Below are positions 1 to 10,544 of a stretch of DNA of 64,000 nucleotides, in pieces. Position 1 is the stretch's first letter. Each line of letters opens with the position of its first letter. Below the pieces are notes generated by a model. It was not told the origin of the DNA, ran no database searches, and was given only the letters and a program-made list of their open reading frames with translations. A program made the translations under genes and the position numbers. Source of the stretch: Spirochaetia bacterium. GTDB lineage: Bacteria; Spirochaetota; Spirochaetia; CAKZLE01. The DNA is taken from NCBI GenBank assembly GCA_963677595.1, contig OY782041.1, forward strand, positions 288,001 to 352,000, in the 5' to 3' direction.

Positions 1-12
1 GCTGAAGGCTGC

Positions 13-2274
13 TCACTGATCCAGCTTGTCAGCAGCCTCTCTGGCCTGTGCAGCGAGATCGAGCAGGTCAGGATCCTGTGAGTACTTCTCGATGGAGGCG
101 GCCATGTCACGATAGCTCTCGGCGGCTTTCTTCATATTACCAAGCCCCTCATACGCATTCCCAAGCAGCTGGTACTGCTGGTAGACCGAGTCATTCAGCC
201 CGATAAGGATGTAGATATCCTTTAGGGCCTCATCATACTTCCCAAGCTGCGTATTGGCATACGCACGGTAGTACATCTCCTCTGTCCAGGTGGTGACCAT
301 CCCATCAGGGAACATGAGATCCAGTGAATGGGTGAGATCGTCGACTGCTGCCGTGTAATCACCGCCCTGGAATGAGATCCTCCCTACGTGTGCCCAGTAG
401 ATGGGATTCCCCGGCTTCAGTTCCGTCAGCTTCCTGAAGGTGTCCCTGCTCTTCCTTGCATCCCCGGAGTTGAAGGAACATTCAGCCAGGCCTTCCAGTG
501 CCGCGATATCCCCCGGGTGCCGGGAGAGGAACTCCTCGTAATCGGGAACCGCCTGGGCGGGGTTCCCCATAGCCCGGTACAGCTCAGCCCGGTTGAAGTA
601 TGCCTCGCTGCTCCCGAACACGATCGCCGAGCCGTAACTCCCGGCGGCTAAAAGCTCCTGGGAGAGCTCCCGGTAGCAGTCCCCCTGCCCCAGATAATAC
701 TCATCCAGCTTATCGAAGGGACCGCTGGCATCGATGGCTGACTGGTAATGGTCCAAAGCCTCATCGTAGTGCCCCTGCTCCTGAAGGATCCCCGCGATAT
801 CGGCATAGGAATCGGGGGAGACCTCGGAATCGAGCTCATCGAGCCTGAGGGCTTCCCGGTAGTCCGAGAGGGCCTCATCGGACCTTCCCATGTCTTCGAA
901 CAGCCCTCCCCTCGCCGAGAAGTAGTCGGCTACCGGGTACTGGCTGTGCAGGATCGCCTGGGTTATATCAGAAAGGGCGGCTTCCAGGTTCCCGAGCTTG
1001 ACCTGGGTCATGTACCTGAGGTAGTAGTCGTTCTCAAGGTCCCTGCCCCCGAGCTCGATGACCCGGGTGAAGTCTGAAAGGGCTTCCTCATACCGTTCTG
1101 TCAGGAAATAGGACCGGGCCCTCATGTTGCAGAGTTCGGTCGTCTCCCCGACATGGGCTATCCCGTCGGAGTAGACAGCCTCAGCCTCCTCATACTCCCA
1201 GTTCGTGAAGAGGAGGTTCCCCAGCCTGATATAGTTGTATTCCCGTGCAGGTTCCAGTTCCACCGCCTTCCGGTAATCGGCCTCGGCAGCAGCATCCTCA
1301 CCGAGGGCCTCATAGGAGATGCCGCGGTAGTAATAGTACCGGTAGTCAGCCTCACTGCTGCCGATCCCGTCGGTATAGGCATCGACTGCTTCCTGGTAGT
1401 CACCCCTCGTGCGGTAGTACTTCCCGATATAGATGTAGCCATAGCCGTATGAGGGGTCTATCGAGACCGCCTTCTTATAATCAGCGAGAGCCTTATCCTC
1501 ATCCCCGTTCTTATCATGGATCTCCGCCCGCAAGGTACGGAGCTCACGGTCATTGGGGAACTTTGCTATGGCATCATCACAGGTCGTCAGGGCCCAGTTC
1601 AGGTCAGAGAGTTTCAAGTATGCATCGACGATCATCTTGTAGATCTCAAGGTGGCTCGCGCTCCCTGTCTGCAGGGCCTTGCGGTAATCCCCGATCTCGT
1701 TGAGGTATTCCCCTTTGTTGTAGTAGATGTACGCACGCTTCAGGTAGAGCTTCTGGCTGTTCGGGTACTTCTGCAGGGCAGTGTTCGCCTTCTTCAGGGC
1801 AGTATCGAACTTCTCCTGCTTCAAGTAGGCATCAACAAGGTCGAAGTAGGTGCCCTCGAGGTCGTTCCCGCCGATAGAGACCGCCCATTCCAGGGCCCCT
1901 GCGGCATATGCGTATTGTCCCTTCCGGCTGTAGTTCTTCGCCCGCAGGACATAGATCCCATACCTGATATCATCCGAGACGGCGTACTCGAGGGCCCGGG
2001 ACAGGTTCTTCCCGGCATCCTCGGTGTACCCCTTGTCGAGGTAGAGCCCGCCGATGAGGTAGTACCCCATGGCATACATGTTCTTCTTGTCATCGTTGTA
2101 CTGGGGATTCCCAAGGACATCTTTGAGATCCTGGAAGTAGCGTTCCACGGATTCGACCTGCCTCCGGTCGAAGGCATCGAGCATGTTCTGGTAGAGGTCA
2201 CTGATCTGGTTACCGAATAGTGATGAGGCTGCCGTAAGCAGCAGTATGATGAGGATACCTTTCAATCGTTTCAA
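13..2274 (-). CDS. Exported tetratricopeptide-repeat protein
   Basis: Many TPR-like helices (e.g. YYYRGISYEALGEDAAAEADYRKAVELEP) and an N-terminal signal peptide; TTG at 2274 follows GGAGG (ORF track start 2301). Confidence 0.85.
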   Translation of the reverse strand: MKRLKGILIILLLTAASSLFGNQISDLYQNMLDAFDRRQVESVERYFQDLKDVLGNPQYNDDKKNMYAMGYYLIGGLYLDKGYTEDAGKNLSRALEYAVSDDIRYGIYVLRAKNYSRKGQYAYAAGALEWAVSIGGNDLEGTYFDLVDAYLKQEKFDTALKKANTALQKYPNSQKLYLKRAYIYYNKGEYLNEIGDYRKALQTGSASHLEIYKMIVDAYLKLSDLNWALTTCDDAIAKFPNDRELRTLRAEIHDKNGDEDKALADYKKAVSIDPSYGYGYIYIGKYYRTRGDYQEAVDAYTDGIGSSEADYRYYYYRGISYEALGEDAAAEADYRKAVELEPAREYNYIRLGNLLFTNWEYEEAEAVYSDGIAHVGETTELCNMRARSYFLTERYEEALSDFTRVIELGGRDLENDYYLRYMTQVKLGNLEAALSDITQAILHSQYPVADYFSARGGLFEDMGRSDEALSDYREALRLDELDSEVSPDSYADIAGILQEQGHYDEALDHYQSAIDASGPFDKLDEYYLGQGDCYRELSQELLAAGSYGSAIVFGSSEAYFNRAELYRAMGNPAQAVPDYEEFLSRHPGDIAALEGLAECSFNSGDARKSRDTFRKLTELKPGNPIYWAHVGRISFQGGDYTAAVDDLTHSLDLMFPDGMVTTWTEEMYYRAYANTQLGKYDEALKDIYILIGLNDSVYQQYQLLGNAYEGLGNMKKAAESYRDMAASIEKYSQDPDLLDLAAQAREAADKLDQ

Positions 2275-2380
2275 TGTCGCAACCTCCAGGACGTGAATCA
2301 CGGGTCCGGGCCGTTCCAGGCCCCCCTGTGATTATACCATATGGGGCAGTAATGAAAAGGGGGTGGGAAGGAGCAGCCGG

Positions 2381-4663
2381 TCAGTCCTGGAGTACGGGAA
2401 AATAGATCCTGATCTCCGTCCCAGCCGACTCCTCACTGCTTACGTCGATATAGCCGTTATGCTCATTGACGATCCCGTAGATGATCGACAGCCCGAGCCC
2501 GGCACCGGCTGCAGCATCCTTCGTCGAGAAGAACGGGTCGAACAGGTTAGCCACCTGCTCCCGGCTCATCCCGATTCCGGTATCCCCCATGGTGAGGCAG
2601 ACATACTGGCCAGGCGGCATCATCTTCCCGTATACGGGCATCCTCCCCTCCAGGATCAGCTCTGAGGTCGCTATTGCGAACTCCCCTCCCGCTGACATGG
2701 CATCATTGGCATTCATGCAGATGTTCAGCAGCAGGTGTTCGAGCTGCTGGGGATCGGCGAGGATGTCAGGGAGGGTTTCCGTCTCGAAGAGCTTGAGTTC
2801 CACCCCGTCATGGAACAGGGGGTAGATACTCGGCATCAGCTGCATGATGAGTTCCTGGAGGTTCAGCCGCCGGAGTTCGAGTTCGTTATTCCGGCTGAAC
2901 CTGAGCAGCTGCTCCACAAGACTCTTAGCCTTAGTCCCGGCATCGATGATCGATCTCATCATCACCTGCTCGGCAGGCTCCCCTTCCATCGAATCGAGGA
3001 CGAGTTCACTGTAGCCGAGGATCACCTGGAGGAGGTTGTTGAAATCATGCGCCACACCGCCGGCGAGCCTGCTGACCGACTCTATCCGCTGGGTATGCCG
3101 CAGCTGTTCCTCCAGCCGTTTCCGGTCAGTCATGTCTCTTCCGATGACCAGGTACCCGAACAGGCCTTCCCCCTCCTCCTCGAGGGGGGTGATCACGAGG
3201 TCTATGGGGATCGTGGTGCCGTCCTTCCTGACGGCAGTGATCTCCACCTGCCTGCTGAGCATCCTGCGGCCATGGTCTCTCCGGCCGGCAGACTCCTCCA
3301 GCTCATCGAAGGTCTCGAGGACGACCTGCCGGGATTCCTCGGTCATCAGCGTCCTCACGGGGAGTGAGGCAAGCTCACCTGCAGAATACCCCAGGAGCCT
3401 CTCCGCAGAGGGGGAGATGAACTCAGTCACGAACTGTGAGTCGATCGTCCAGATGATATCGCTCGAGGAGTCGAGGATCGCCTGGATCCTCCCTTCATTC
3501 TCCCTGAGCTGCTGCTCGATGCGCTTCAGCTCGCTGATGTCCGTATAGACACCGAGGATCCCGAAGACCTCACCCTCGGAGTTGATCAGCGGGACCTTGC
3601 TGGTGTAGGACCAGCCTCTTTGCCCCTCTGCATCGAAGAGCTGGTTCACCTCATGGATGACGGGTACCCTGCTCTCCATGATGCGCTGGTCCTGCGCACG
3701 GTAGTACTCATATTCGGCGGTGATATAGGGAAGCTCCCTATCGGTCTTCCCGATGACATCCCTATAGGATGCTACCCCGGTATCATGGGCGAAGACATCA
3801 TTCGCTCCCTGGTAGACAGACTCCGTATCCTTCCAGAAGACCCCGGAAGGCATGTTCGCCAGGATCGTCTTCAGCAGGTTGTTGGTATGTTCGAGTTCCA
3901 CCTTCTTCAGGTGGGCATCCGTGATATCGCGGTTGAGGCCAATGATCTTCGTCGGCTGCCCGTCCTCATCATATGCCGCTGCCAGGGCGAACCCCTCAAG
4001 CCAGATGAGTCCCTTCTCCTCGCTGTCGAAGGGAAAAACAACATGGTAGGAGTCAATCCTCCCGGAGAGGTAGTCATGCATCGTCCGGTAGAGCATCGCA
4101 CTCACCTCTGAGGTGATATGCTCTTCGAAATAGTCATGGAAGTCATCCAGGTCAACCGCTTCAGGCACCCCGTAGAGGGCTTTCCAGTTCTCATCGACCT
4201 GGTTCTCCTCCGTCCTCACATCATAGATCCATCGTGCTCCCTTCCAGAGCTTCATCATCATCCTGAACTGGCTGCTCTCATCAGCCAGGCCGTCCCGGCA
4301 GTCGCAGGGAGAGTTCTGTACCGTATCCAGGAGGAGCGAGATTCCTGAGGCTGCAGCCTGGAGAGTGTTTCTTCCGGGGTCAGTATCGACCCCCGTGATG
4401 ATGAGCATCTGTTCACCTGCTCCGATGTGCAAGGGGCAGAAGAGTGTGGTCCCCGACTGGTCATGTCCTGGGAGTACCCGCATCGGGTCGAACCCCTCGA
4501 GCGGGACCGCCTCGCTGAAGCGACTGAGGAGTTCACCGGCACTGGTGTGATCCACGGTGCCGGAGATGACCTCCTGTCCCTGCAGGAGGATGCACCTGAG
4601 GCCGTAGAGGTCCTCAAGGCGGGGAATACGTTCATTGAGATGGTGCAGCGGATCGTGTTCCAT
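2381..4663 (-). CDS. Multi-PAS sensor histidine kinase (no receiver domain)
   Basis: Three PAS/PAC-like repeats, H-box AGGVAHDFNNLL, N-box NANDAM, G-boxes DTGIGM, FDPFFSTK and GLGLS. Confidence 0.9.
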   Translation of the reverse strand: MEHDPLHHLNERIPRLEDLYGLRCILLQGQEVISGTVDHTSAGELLSRFSEAVPLEGFDPMRVLPGHDQSGTTLFCPLHIGAGEQMLIITGVDTDPGRNTLQAAASGISLLLDTVQNSPCDCRDGLADESSQFRMMMKLWKGARWIYDVRTEENQVDENWKALYGVPEAVDLDDFHDYFEEHITSEVSAMLYRTMHDYLSGRIDSYHVVFPFDSEEKGLIWLEGFALAAAYDEDGQPTKIIGLNRDITDAHLKKVELEHTNNLLKTILANMPSGVFWKDTESVYQGANDVFAHDTGVASYRDVIGKTDRELPYITAEYEYYRAQDQRIMESRVPVIHEVNQLFDAEGQRGWSYTSKVPLINSEGEVFGILGVYTDISELKRIEQQLRENEGRIQAILDSSSDIIWTIDSQFVTEFISPSAERLLGYSAGELASLPVRTLMTEESRQVVLETFDELEESAGRRDHGRRMLSRQVEITAVRKDGTTIPIDLVITPLEEEGEGLFGYLVIGRDMTDRKRLEEQLRHTQRIESVSRLAGGVAHDFNNLLQVILGYSELVLDSMEGEPAEQVMMRSIIDAGTKAKSLVEQLLRFSRNNELELRRLNLQELIMQLMPSIYPLFHDGVELKLFETETLPDILADPQQLEHLLLNICMNANDAMSAGGEFAIATSELILEGRMPVYGKMMPPGQYVCLTMGDTGIGMSREQVANLFDPFFSTKDAAAGAGLGLSIIYGIVNEHNGYIDVSSEESAGTEIRIYFPVLQD

Positions 4664-4723
4664 GGTATCCCCATTCTACCACAGTGTGCTGCCTATGTGG
4701 TAACAGTTTTCCTGGATTCTCCC

Positions 4724-6373
4724 CTACCTCGGGGCAAGGTCCTCGAGAACCCGGAGGATCTCAGGCAGGAGCTGCTTCTTCCTCGAGAGGATTCCCGGGA
4801 GCAGGTACTTGCCGGCTGACTCTTTCTTGTAGACAAGATTCTGCTCAGCCTTCGGGAACTCCGTGGTAAGCAGTACACTGTCCTCCTTGATCACGTTGGT
4901 CACGAGCAGCATGGCCCAGTCAAGGTGGTGCAGCAGCCTCACCCCCTCAAGAGCGGTGATGAACCGTTCCTTGACCTCATCGATGTTCTCCAGCGTCGAC
5001 ACTTCGACCTGCCCGATCCCGAGCCTGACTCCCAACTCCTCGTACTTCTTGAAGTCTGCTTCGATGAGCTCCTTCGGGTCAGCTTCGGTGATCACGGTGC
5101 TGTTGCTGAAGAGCCGCTCCCCGAACTCCCGGTACTCGACATCGAGGATGGCACAGAGGGCATCTACGACGACTTTATCCTCATGCGTGGTCGTCGGGGA
5201 CTTCAGGATCACGGTATCCGAAAGGATCCCCGCAAGCAGCAGGTGGGCGATGTGCTTCTCCACCTCTACTCCGAATCGCTGGTAATGCTGATAGACGAGG
5301 GTGCAGGTCGACCCCACAGGAGCTGCCGAGATATAGATCGGGTACCGGGTCTTCTCTGCCCCAAGCCTATGGTGATCGATGATCTCCACCACATCAGTAT
5401 CCTCGAGCCCGACCACACTCTGGGAGAGTTCGTTATGGTCCATGAGGATCACCTGCTTGCGAGGCCTCCGAATGAAGCACCGCCTCGTGACCGTCCCGAT
5501 GAACTGTTCGCCGGAGAAGACCGGCAGACCACGGAACCCGGACCCGATCAGGGTCTCGAGTGTGTCATCGAAGAGGTCTGTACCCTGGGGTCTTGGGATA
5601 TCGTCCAGGAGGAGGTTCTTGATCGGGAGGCTCAGCCGCATCAGGCGGATGGTCTCTGCTGTATCGAGGTAGGAGATGAAGACACTCCCCTCATAGGAAG
5701 AGAAATCATAATCGATGAGCTCACCCCTGCCGTAGCCGGTGATGATGATGGCCGGGAACTGCTTCCTCACGGCATAGTCGATCAGGTCACGTCGCATGCC
5801 GATGACGAGCACCGGCTTGACCGGCTCGAGTTCGCTGATCCGCTGCATGCTGATCTCATAGGGCATCGCACCGGTCATGATGAAGGTGGAGAACTCACGC
5901 TCGGCTCCTGCCTTGTAGAGGATCCCGTCCACGACCTTGCCGAAGTTCTCGATGAGGAAGTGGTACATCGGGCGGCCGATGCTGTTCTCCCGCATGAAGA
6001 GGCCGGTGATCTCATCGACACTGATGAGCCCGGCATACTGGTCGAGCTCATCGAAGACCGGAACCACGCTGAGGGTCCGGTGGTTGAGCAGGTTGACCGC
6101 GGAGTAGACCGGGTCGTTGATATGGAGCCGCTCATCCGGGAGCTTCGCGATGTCACGAACACGGGGCCTGAGGTCCTTCTCGAACTCCGGAGGCTCGATA
6201 CCTATCTCATGAAAGGCCTCCTTCGTCGCGTTGTTCATATGACCGCACCTGATCGGGATATACTCCTTCGCAGGGTCGATCCTGTTCTTCAGATCGGCAT
6301 AACAGTATGCCGAGCAGACTGAATCCATATCGGGGTTCTTATGCCCCGTTATATACACTTGCACTCTTGCCAA
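4724..6373 (-). CDS. ppaC: Manganese-dependent inorganic pyrophosphatase, family II, with CBS-DRTGG insertion
   Basis: GHKNPDMDS, DHNE, IIDHH, PVGSTCT and GILSRKKQ motifs; real start about 6373 (TTG). The 798-aa ORF-track extension overlaps rpiB and cdd. Confidence 0.9.
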   Translation of the reverse strand: MARVQVYITGHKNPDMDSVCSAYCYADLKNRIDPAKEYIPIRCGHMNNATKEAFHEIGIEPPEFEKDLRPRVRDIAKLPDERLHINDPVYSAVNLLNHRTLSVVPVFDELDQYAGLISVDEITGLFMRENSIGRPMYHFLIENFGKVVDGILYKAGAEREFSTFIMTGAMPYEISMQRISELEPVKPVLVIGMRRDLIDYAVRKQFPAIIITGYGRGELIDYDFSSYEGSVFISYLDTAETIRLMRLSLPIKNLLLDDIPRPQGTDLFDDTLETLIGSGFRGLPVFSGEQFIGTVTRRCFIRRPRKQVILMDHNELSQSVVGLEDTDVVEIIDHHRLGAEKTRYPIYISAAPVGSTCTLVYQHYQRFGVEVEKHIAHLLLAGILSDTVILKSPTTTHEDKVVVDALCAILDVEYREFGERLFSNSTVITEADPKELIEADFKKYEELGVRLGIGQVEVSTLENIDEVKERFITALEGVRLLHHLDWAMLLVTNVIKEDSVLLTTEFPKAEQNLVYKKESAGKYLLPGILSRKKQLLPEILRVLEDLAPR

Positions 6374-6469
6374 AAGTTCCCCCGTTTTTTTATCCGTACC
6401 CATCCTGTATACTTGCATATAGTACCTGAAAGTAGCTACTATGACAACAAACCAGACAAGGGGAATACA

Positions 6470-6913
6470 ATGGGAAAGAAAATAGTGATAGCAAACGACC
6501 ATGGCGCGATCGAGCTCAAGAGCGAGATCGCTGCACACCTGGCAGCACGGGGATTCGAGGTCGTGAACCTCGGTGTCGATGCCAATGAGTCGGTCGACTA
6601 CCCTGATATAGCGGAGAAAGCCTGCAGGGAATACCTCAAAGGGGGGTATGAGTTCGGGATCGTCTGTTGCGGTACCGGGATCGGCATCTCCATCTCTGCC
6701 AACAAGATCGACGGCATCAGGTGCGCCCTGCCGCAGAACATCTTCGCTGCTACCATGGCCAAGGAGCACAACAATGCGAACTTCCTCTCCTTCGGCGGAA
6801 GGATCGAGTACGGTGAGGCAGTCGTCGACATGGTCGATGCCTTCATCGATACCGAGTTCGAGGGCGGACGCCATGCGAACCGCGTCAACAAGATGATGGA
6901 TCTCGAGGGGTAA
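6470..6913 (+). CDS. rpiB: Ribose-5-phosphate isomerase B
   Basis: ANDHG, DYPD, CGTGIG, ANKIDGIR, HNNAN and FEGGRH motifs; ATG at 6470. Confidence 0.95.
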   Translation: MGKKIVIANDHGAIELKSEIAAHLAARGFEVVNLGVDANESVDYPDIAEKACREYLKGGYEFGIVCCGTGIGISISANKIDGIRCALPQNIFAATMAKEHNNANFLSFGGRIEYGEAVVDMVDAFIDTEFEGGRHANRVNKMMDLEG

Positions 6914-6930
6914 CCAACCCTGAACCGGGA

Positions 6931-6964
6931 AAGGCAGCTGTTTGTGAAGGCAGCTGCTTTTTTG
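6931..6964. terminator. Probable bidirectional intrinsic terminator between rpiB and cdd
   Basis: GCAGCTG...CAGCTGC stem followed by a T-run, between convergent genes. Confidence 0.65.
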
Positions 6965-6966
6965 TC

Positions 6967-7383
6967 CTACACGCCCTCCTTCTTCAGGCTGCTCCCGTCG
7001 AATGGGTGCGGGAGGAGGTCTGAGAGGTGGTAGCCGATCTCGATGCCCTCGAGGGTCCCGAGGTAGACCTCGAAGCCCGGGGTACAGAACTCTGTCATGA
7101 CCTGCAGGCACATCGCGCACGGCGGCGCCGGCGGTAAGTCGTCGCTGACGATCACGATAGCGGAGAACTCCCGATACCCTTCTGCCACCGCATGGAGGAT
7201 GGCATTCCGCTCGGCACAGATCGTCGCCCCGTAACTCGCGTTCTCCACATTACAGCCGGTGAAGATGGTATTCCCATCCTTCGTCACCAGTGCAGCACCG
7301 ACCTTGAACCCGGAATAGGGAGCATAAGCAGCATCACGTACGGCCTTCGCCTCTTCGTAGGCATCTTTGATTATCTGTCTCAT
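6967..7383 (-). CDS. cdd: Cytidine deaminase (homotetrameric type)
   Basis: AYAPYSGFKVGAA, GCNVENASYG, CAER and PCAMC zinc motifs. Confidence 0.95.
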   Translation of the reverse strand: MRQIIKDAYEEAKAVRDAAYAPYSGFKVGAALVTKDGNTIFTGCNVENASYGATICAERNAILHAVAEGYREFSAIVIVSDDLPPAPPCAMCLQVMTEFCTPGFEVYLGTLEGIEIGYHLSDLLPHPFDGSSLKKEGV

Positions 7384-7428
7384 AGTACTACAAGTATACT
7401 ATGATACCTGCCTGCCAGGCAAAGATTA

Positions 7429-8400
7429 TCATGAATCGGATCTTCTCAACCGTGAGAGAGCACGACGGACAGGATCCACCTCATCAGGGAAGACGGTACT
7501 GAAGAAGAGGTCGACCGCCTCGTCATACTCAAGCCCCATACAGGCTTTCACGTTCGGGTCGGGTGAGTCTGTATCCGCTGCCGTGTGCCCGTGGGAATCA
7601 CCTCCTTCATGGACCACGGTGACCCGGGCATCGACGGTCCGGAGGAGACGGGGGGCCAAGAGGTAGAGGATGACCAGTACGTCATGGGGGATGAAGCCGG
7701 GCAGGCAGTCGGATTCCCAGTAGAAGTCCGTATAGACCCGCGAGATGCGGTAGAGCATCGTCGATACCGGTGTGCCGATCTGGCGAAGGATCTCCCTGAG
7801 GTTCGCATCGAAGAGGAACTGTGTGGTGGCATCAAGGCCCACCATGACGATCTCCCTAATCCCGGAGGAGAAGACCGCAGCGGCGGCTTCCGGGGCATTG
7901 TAGATGTTCGCTTCGGCGTTATGGGTGATGTTGCCGCCCTTCACTGCCCCTCCCATGATGACGATGCGTTTAAGCAGCCGAACGATATCGGGGGCTTTCT
8001 GAATCGCCTGCGCGATGTTCTCCAGCGGGCCGAGCGTCGCAAGCGTGATCTCATGGGGATGCTCCCTGACGGTCCTGATGATGAAATCCACGGCATGTTC
8101 GTCCTCACATACGGCATCACCGGGCAGGTAGTCGGGCACGTCACCGAGCGCATCCTTCCCGTGGATCTCCTTCACTTCCGTGGTATCGTGGTCCTTGAGG
8201 GAACAGCCCTTATAGACCTTCACATCCAGCCGTCCTGCCGCCTTCAGGATCCTCAAGGCATTGTTCGTCACCTGTTCGAGGGTGCCGTTCCCCTCGACCG
8301 TGGTGATCCCCTCAACTTTCAGAACCTTCGCATGCAGGGCAAGCATGATCGCGAATGCGTCATCCACCCCGGGATCGGTGTCTATGATGATCCTCTCCAT
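7429..8400 (-). CDS. Nucleoside hydrolase (IUNH family)
   Basis: IIDTDPGVDD, LGPLEN, IMGG, AEAN and PHD motifs. Confidence 0.9.
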   Translation of the reverse strand: MERIIIDTDPGVDDAFAIMLALHAKVLKVEGITTVEGNGTLEQVTNNALRILKAAGRLDVKVYKGCSLKDHDTTEVKEIHGKDALGDVPDYLPGDAVCEDEHAVDFIIRTVREHPHEITLATLGPLENIAQAIQKAPDIVRLLKRIVIMGGAVKGGNITHNAEANIYNAPEAAAAVFSSGIREIVMVGLDATTQFLFDANLREILRQIGTPVSTMLYRISRVYTDFYWESDCLPGFIPHDVLVILYLLAPRLLRTVDARVTVVHEGGDSHGHTAADTDSPDPNVKACMGLEYDEAVDLFFSTVFPDEVDPVRRALSRLRRSDS

Positions 8401-8525
8401 ACTGACCTCACTTCATCGGGACTTTGCATAAACTATAGCACAAGAGCGGGGAATCACCAAAGAGGCCTTCAAGTTCCCGCCCCGTTCCGGTAGAATGGGT
8501 ATACGAAACCATCCAGGAGAGCATA

Positions 8526-9038
8526 ATGATAGTACCTATTCATGATAAGAGACCGGTGATCGCCGAGAGCGCGTTCATCTTCGATTCAGCCGATATCGTC
8601 GCGGAGGTGACCATCGGCGAGCACTGTTCGGTCTGGTGCAATGCCACCCTCAGGGGAGACCTTGCCCCCATCACCATCGGGGACGGCACCAACGTCCAGG
8701 ACAATGCCTGCGTCCATGTCAACACCGATATGCCGACTGTCGTCGGGAAAAACGTCACGATCGGCCATACCGCGATCATCCACGGCTGCACCATCGGTGA
8801 CCACTGCCTCATCGGCATGGGAGCCATCATCCTCAATGAGGCCGTGATCGGGGAGAACTCGATCGTCGGGGCAGGGGCGATGGTGACAGCAAGGAAGAAC
8901 TTTCCCCCCAACTCCCTGATCCTCGGCTCACCGGCCAAGGTGGTCAGGCAGCTGACCGATGAGGAGGTCGAGGGAATCAGGGAGAATGCAGCCCACTACA
9001 TCGAGACTGCAGCCGAGTTCAAGGCAGCCCTGGCTTAA
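8526..9038 (+). CDS. Gamma carbonic anhydrase family hexapeptide-repeat protein
   Basis: LRGD, NVQDN, TIGH..IHGC and GSPAK motifs. Confidence 0.9.
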   Translation: MIVPIHDKRPVIAESAFIFDSADIVAEVTIGEHCSVWCNATLRGDLAPITIGDGTNVQDNACVHVNTDMPTVVGKNVTIGHTAIIHGCTIGDHCLIGMGAIILNEAVIGENSIVGAGAMVTARKNFPPNSLILGSPAKVVRQLTDEEVEGIRENAAHYIETAAEFKAALA

Positions 9039-9060
9039 GAGCCCGTGACACTGTCGACAG

Positions 9061-10464
9061 TCAGTGTACGTGCCGCTTATAGACACCCGGGATACCGGCT
9101 CGGATGAACCGGCCCGGTCCCGGGTCGGCAGTATAGACCCCATCCTCTACGAGGATCTCACCCCGCCTGATCGTCATGACACACTTCCCCTGCACCTCGG
9201 TCCCGTTGAAGGGGGTGTACCCCGCAGCGGTATGCTCTGATTCATTGGTGATCGTCCAGGAGGCCTCATCATCGAAGATCATGATGTCGGCATCGGTACC
9301 GACCTGGAGGGACCCCTTCTGGGGGTAGATCCCGAAGGTCTTCGCCGGGTTCACCGAGAGGAGTCCCGCCATCTGCTGGAGCGTTATGAGGCCCCGCTTC
9401 ACACCGAAGGTATGGATGATCGGGAGCATCTCCTCCGTTCCCGGGATCCCGGGGAAGATCGTCCTGCTGTCATTTGATTCGAGCTTCTGCGCATGCGTGA
9501 AGGAGCAGTGGTCGGTCGCGACGATCCGGATCGCCCCGGATGCTATCCCCTGCCAAAGGGCCGCATTGTCATCAGCTGTACGAAGGGGCGGGGTCATGAT
9601 GTAGAGGGAGGCATCCTCGCCATCGAGCAGCTCCCTGGTAAGCATCAGGTAGTGGGGTGTCGTCTCTGCCGAGACCAGCACGCCCTTCACCCTGAGGGAC
9701 TGGACCTCCTTCAGCCCGGCAGCAGAGGAGAGATGGACGATATAGATCGGCATGCCGAGTTCCCCGGCAAGCGACCCTACGGAGCGCACCGCCCTGGCTT
9801 CTGCCTCTGCAGGCCTGAGGTCTGGATGGGTATCAGGGGTGAACGGCCGGTCCCCGTGGGCTTCGAGCAGCTCTTCGATCAGGTCATTATCCTCTGCATG
9901 GACGGTGACCATCAGTTCCAGGTCCCGGCAGGCAGTGAAGAGGTCCCGCAGGCCGGCATGCTCGATGATGTACCCCTCATCCTTATAGGTCGTGAAGATC
10001 TTGATGGTGCGTATCCCCGCCTGCTTCAGCTCCTCGAGCTCCTTCGGTATGCCCTCATGCATCCCGTACACGCCCTGGTGCAAGGCGAAGTCTATAGCCA
10101 TCCCGTCGAGCAGCGTCTGGGTACGCTCTTCGGCAGCATGAAGCAACGTCGTCGATTTGTCGTGGTCGGCAAAATCGATGATGGTGGTGACCCCGCCGAA
10201 CGCAGCGAGCCTGCTGCCCTCGGCGGAACTGTCTGCGGTGACAGTCCCTCGGGAAACCAGGTGGTAGTGGGTATGGGCATCGATGAGCCCGGGAAGCAGG
10301 TACTTCCCCTTCGCGTCGATCACGCGCAGCTCATCTGCATAGTCATGTTCATTGATCTGGTCAGCGATACGGCTGATCAACCCATCGACGATGAGCAGGT
10401 CCGCGTTTCTCACCTGTTCAGAATCAACGAGTGTACCATGTTTGATAAGTAAATTCATCTTCAC
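9061..10464 (-). CDS. hydA: Dihydropyrimidinase/hydantoinase (cyclic amidohydrolase)
   Basis: PGLIDAHTH, GGVTTIIDF, VHAED, VHLSS, ETTPHYL, TPPLR, ATDHC and PGIPG motifs; start may be ATG 10458. Confidence 0.8.
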   Translation of the reverse strand: MKMNLLIKHGTLVDSEQVRNADLLIVDGLISRIADQINEHDYADELRVIDAKGKYLLPGLIDAHTHYHLVSRGTVTADSSAEGSRLAAFGGVTTIIDFADHDKSTTLLHAAEERTQTLLDGMAIDFALHQGVYGMHEGIPKELEELKQAGIRTIKIFTTYKDEGYIIEHAGLRDLFTACRDLELMVTVHAEDNDLIEELLEAHGDRPFTPDTHPDLRPAEAEARAVRSVGSLAGELGMPIYIVHLSSAAGLKEVQSLRVKGVLVSAETTPHYLMLTRELLDGEDASLYIMTPPLRTADDNAALWQGIASGAIRIVATDHCSFTHAQKLESNDSRTIFPGIPGTEEMLPIIHTFGVKRGLITLQQMAGLLSVNPAKTFGIYPQKGSLQVGTDADIMIFDDEASWTITNESEHTAAGYTPFNGTEVQGKCVMTIRRGEILVEDGVYTADPGPGRFIRAGIPGVYKRHVH

Positions 10465-10544
10465 ATCTCCAGTACATTAAGATAATACAAATTATCGTAA
10501 TATTCTCCTTGTTGTGGGCACAGTATGGAAGTACATTTAAGAGT

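Noticed and set aside
4925-6322. 465-aa plus-strand ORF and similar long antisense ORFs (7585-8493, 9493-10452, 11328-12299, 46449-47387)
   Set aside because: Shadow ORFs opposite well-supported genes, expected with GC-biased codon usage; no recognisable motifs.
6374-7120. N-terminal 249-aa extension of the 798-aa pyrophosphatase ORF
   Set aside because: It lies antisense to rpiB and out of frame with cdd; family homology begins at about 6373.
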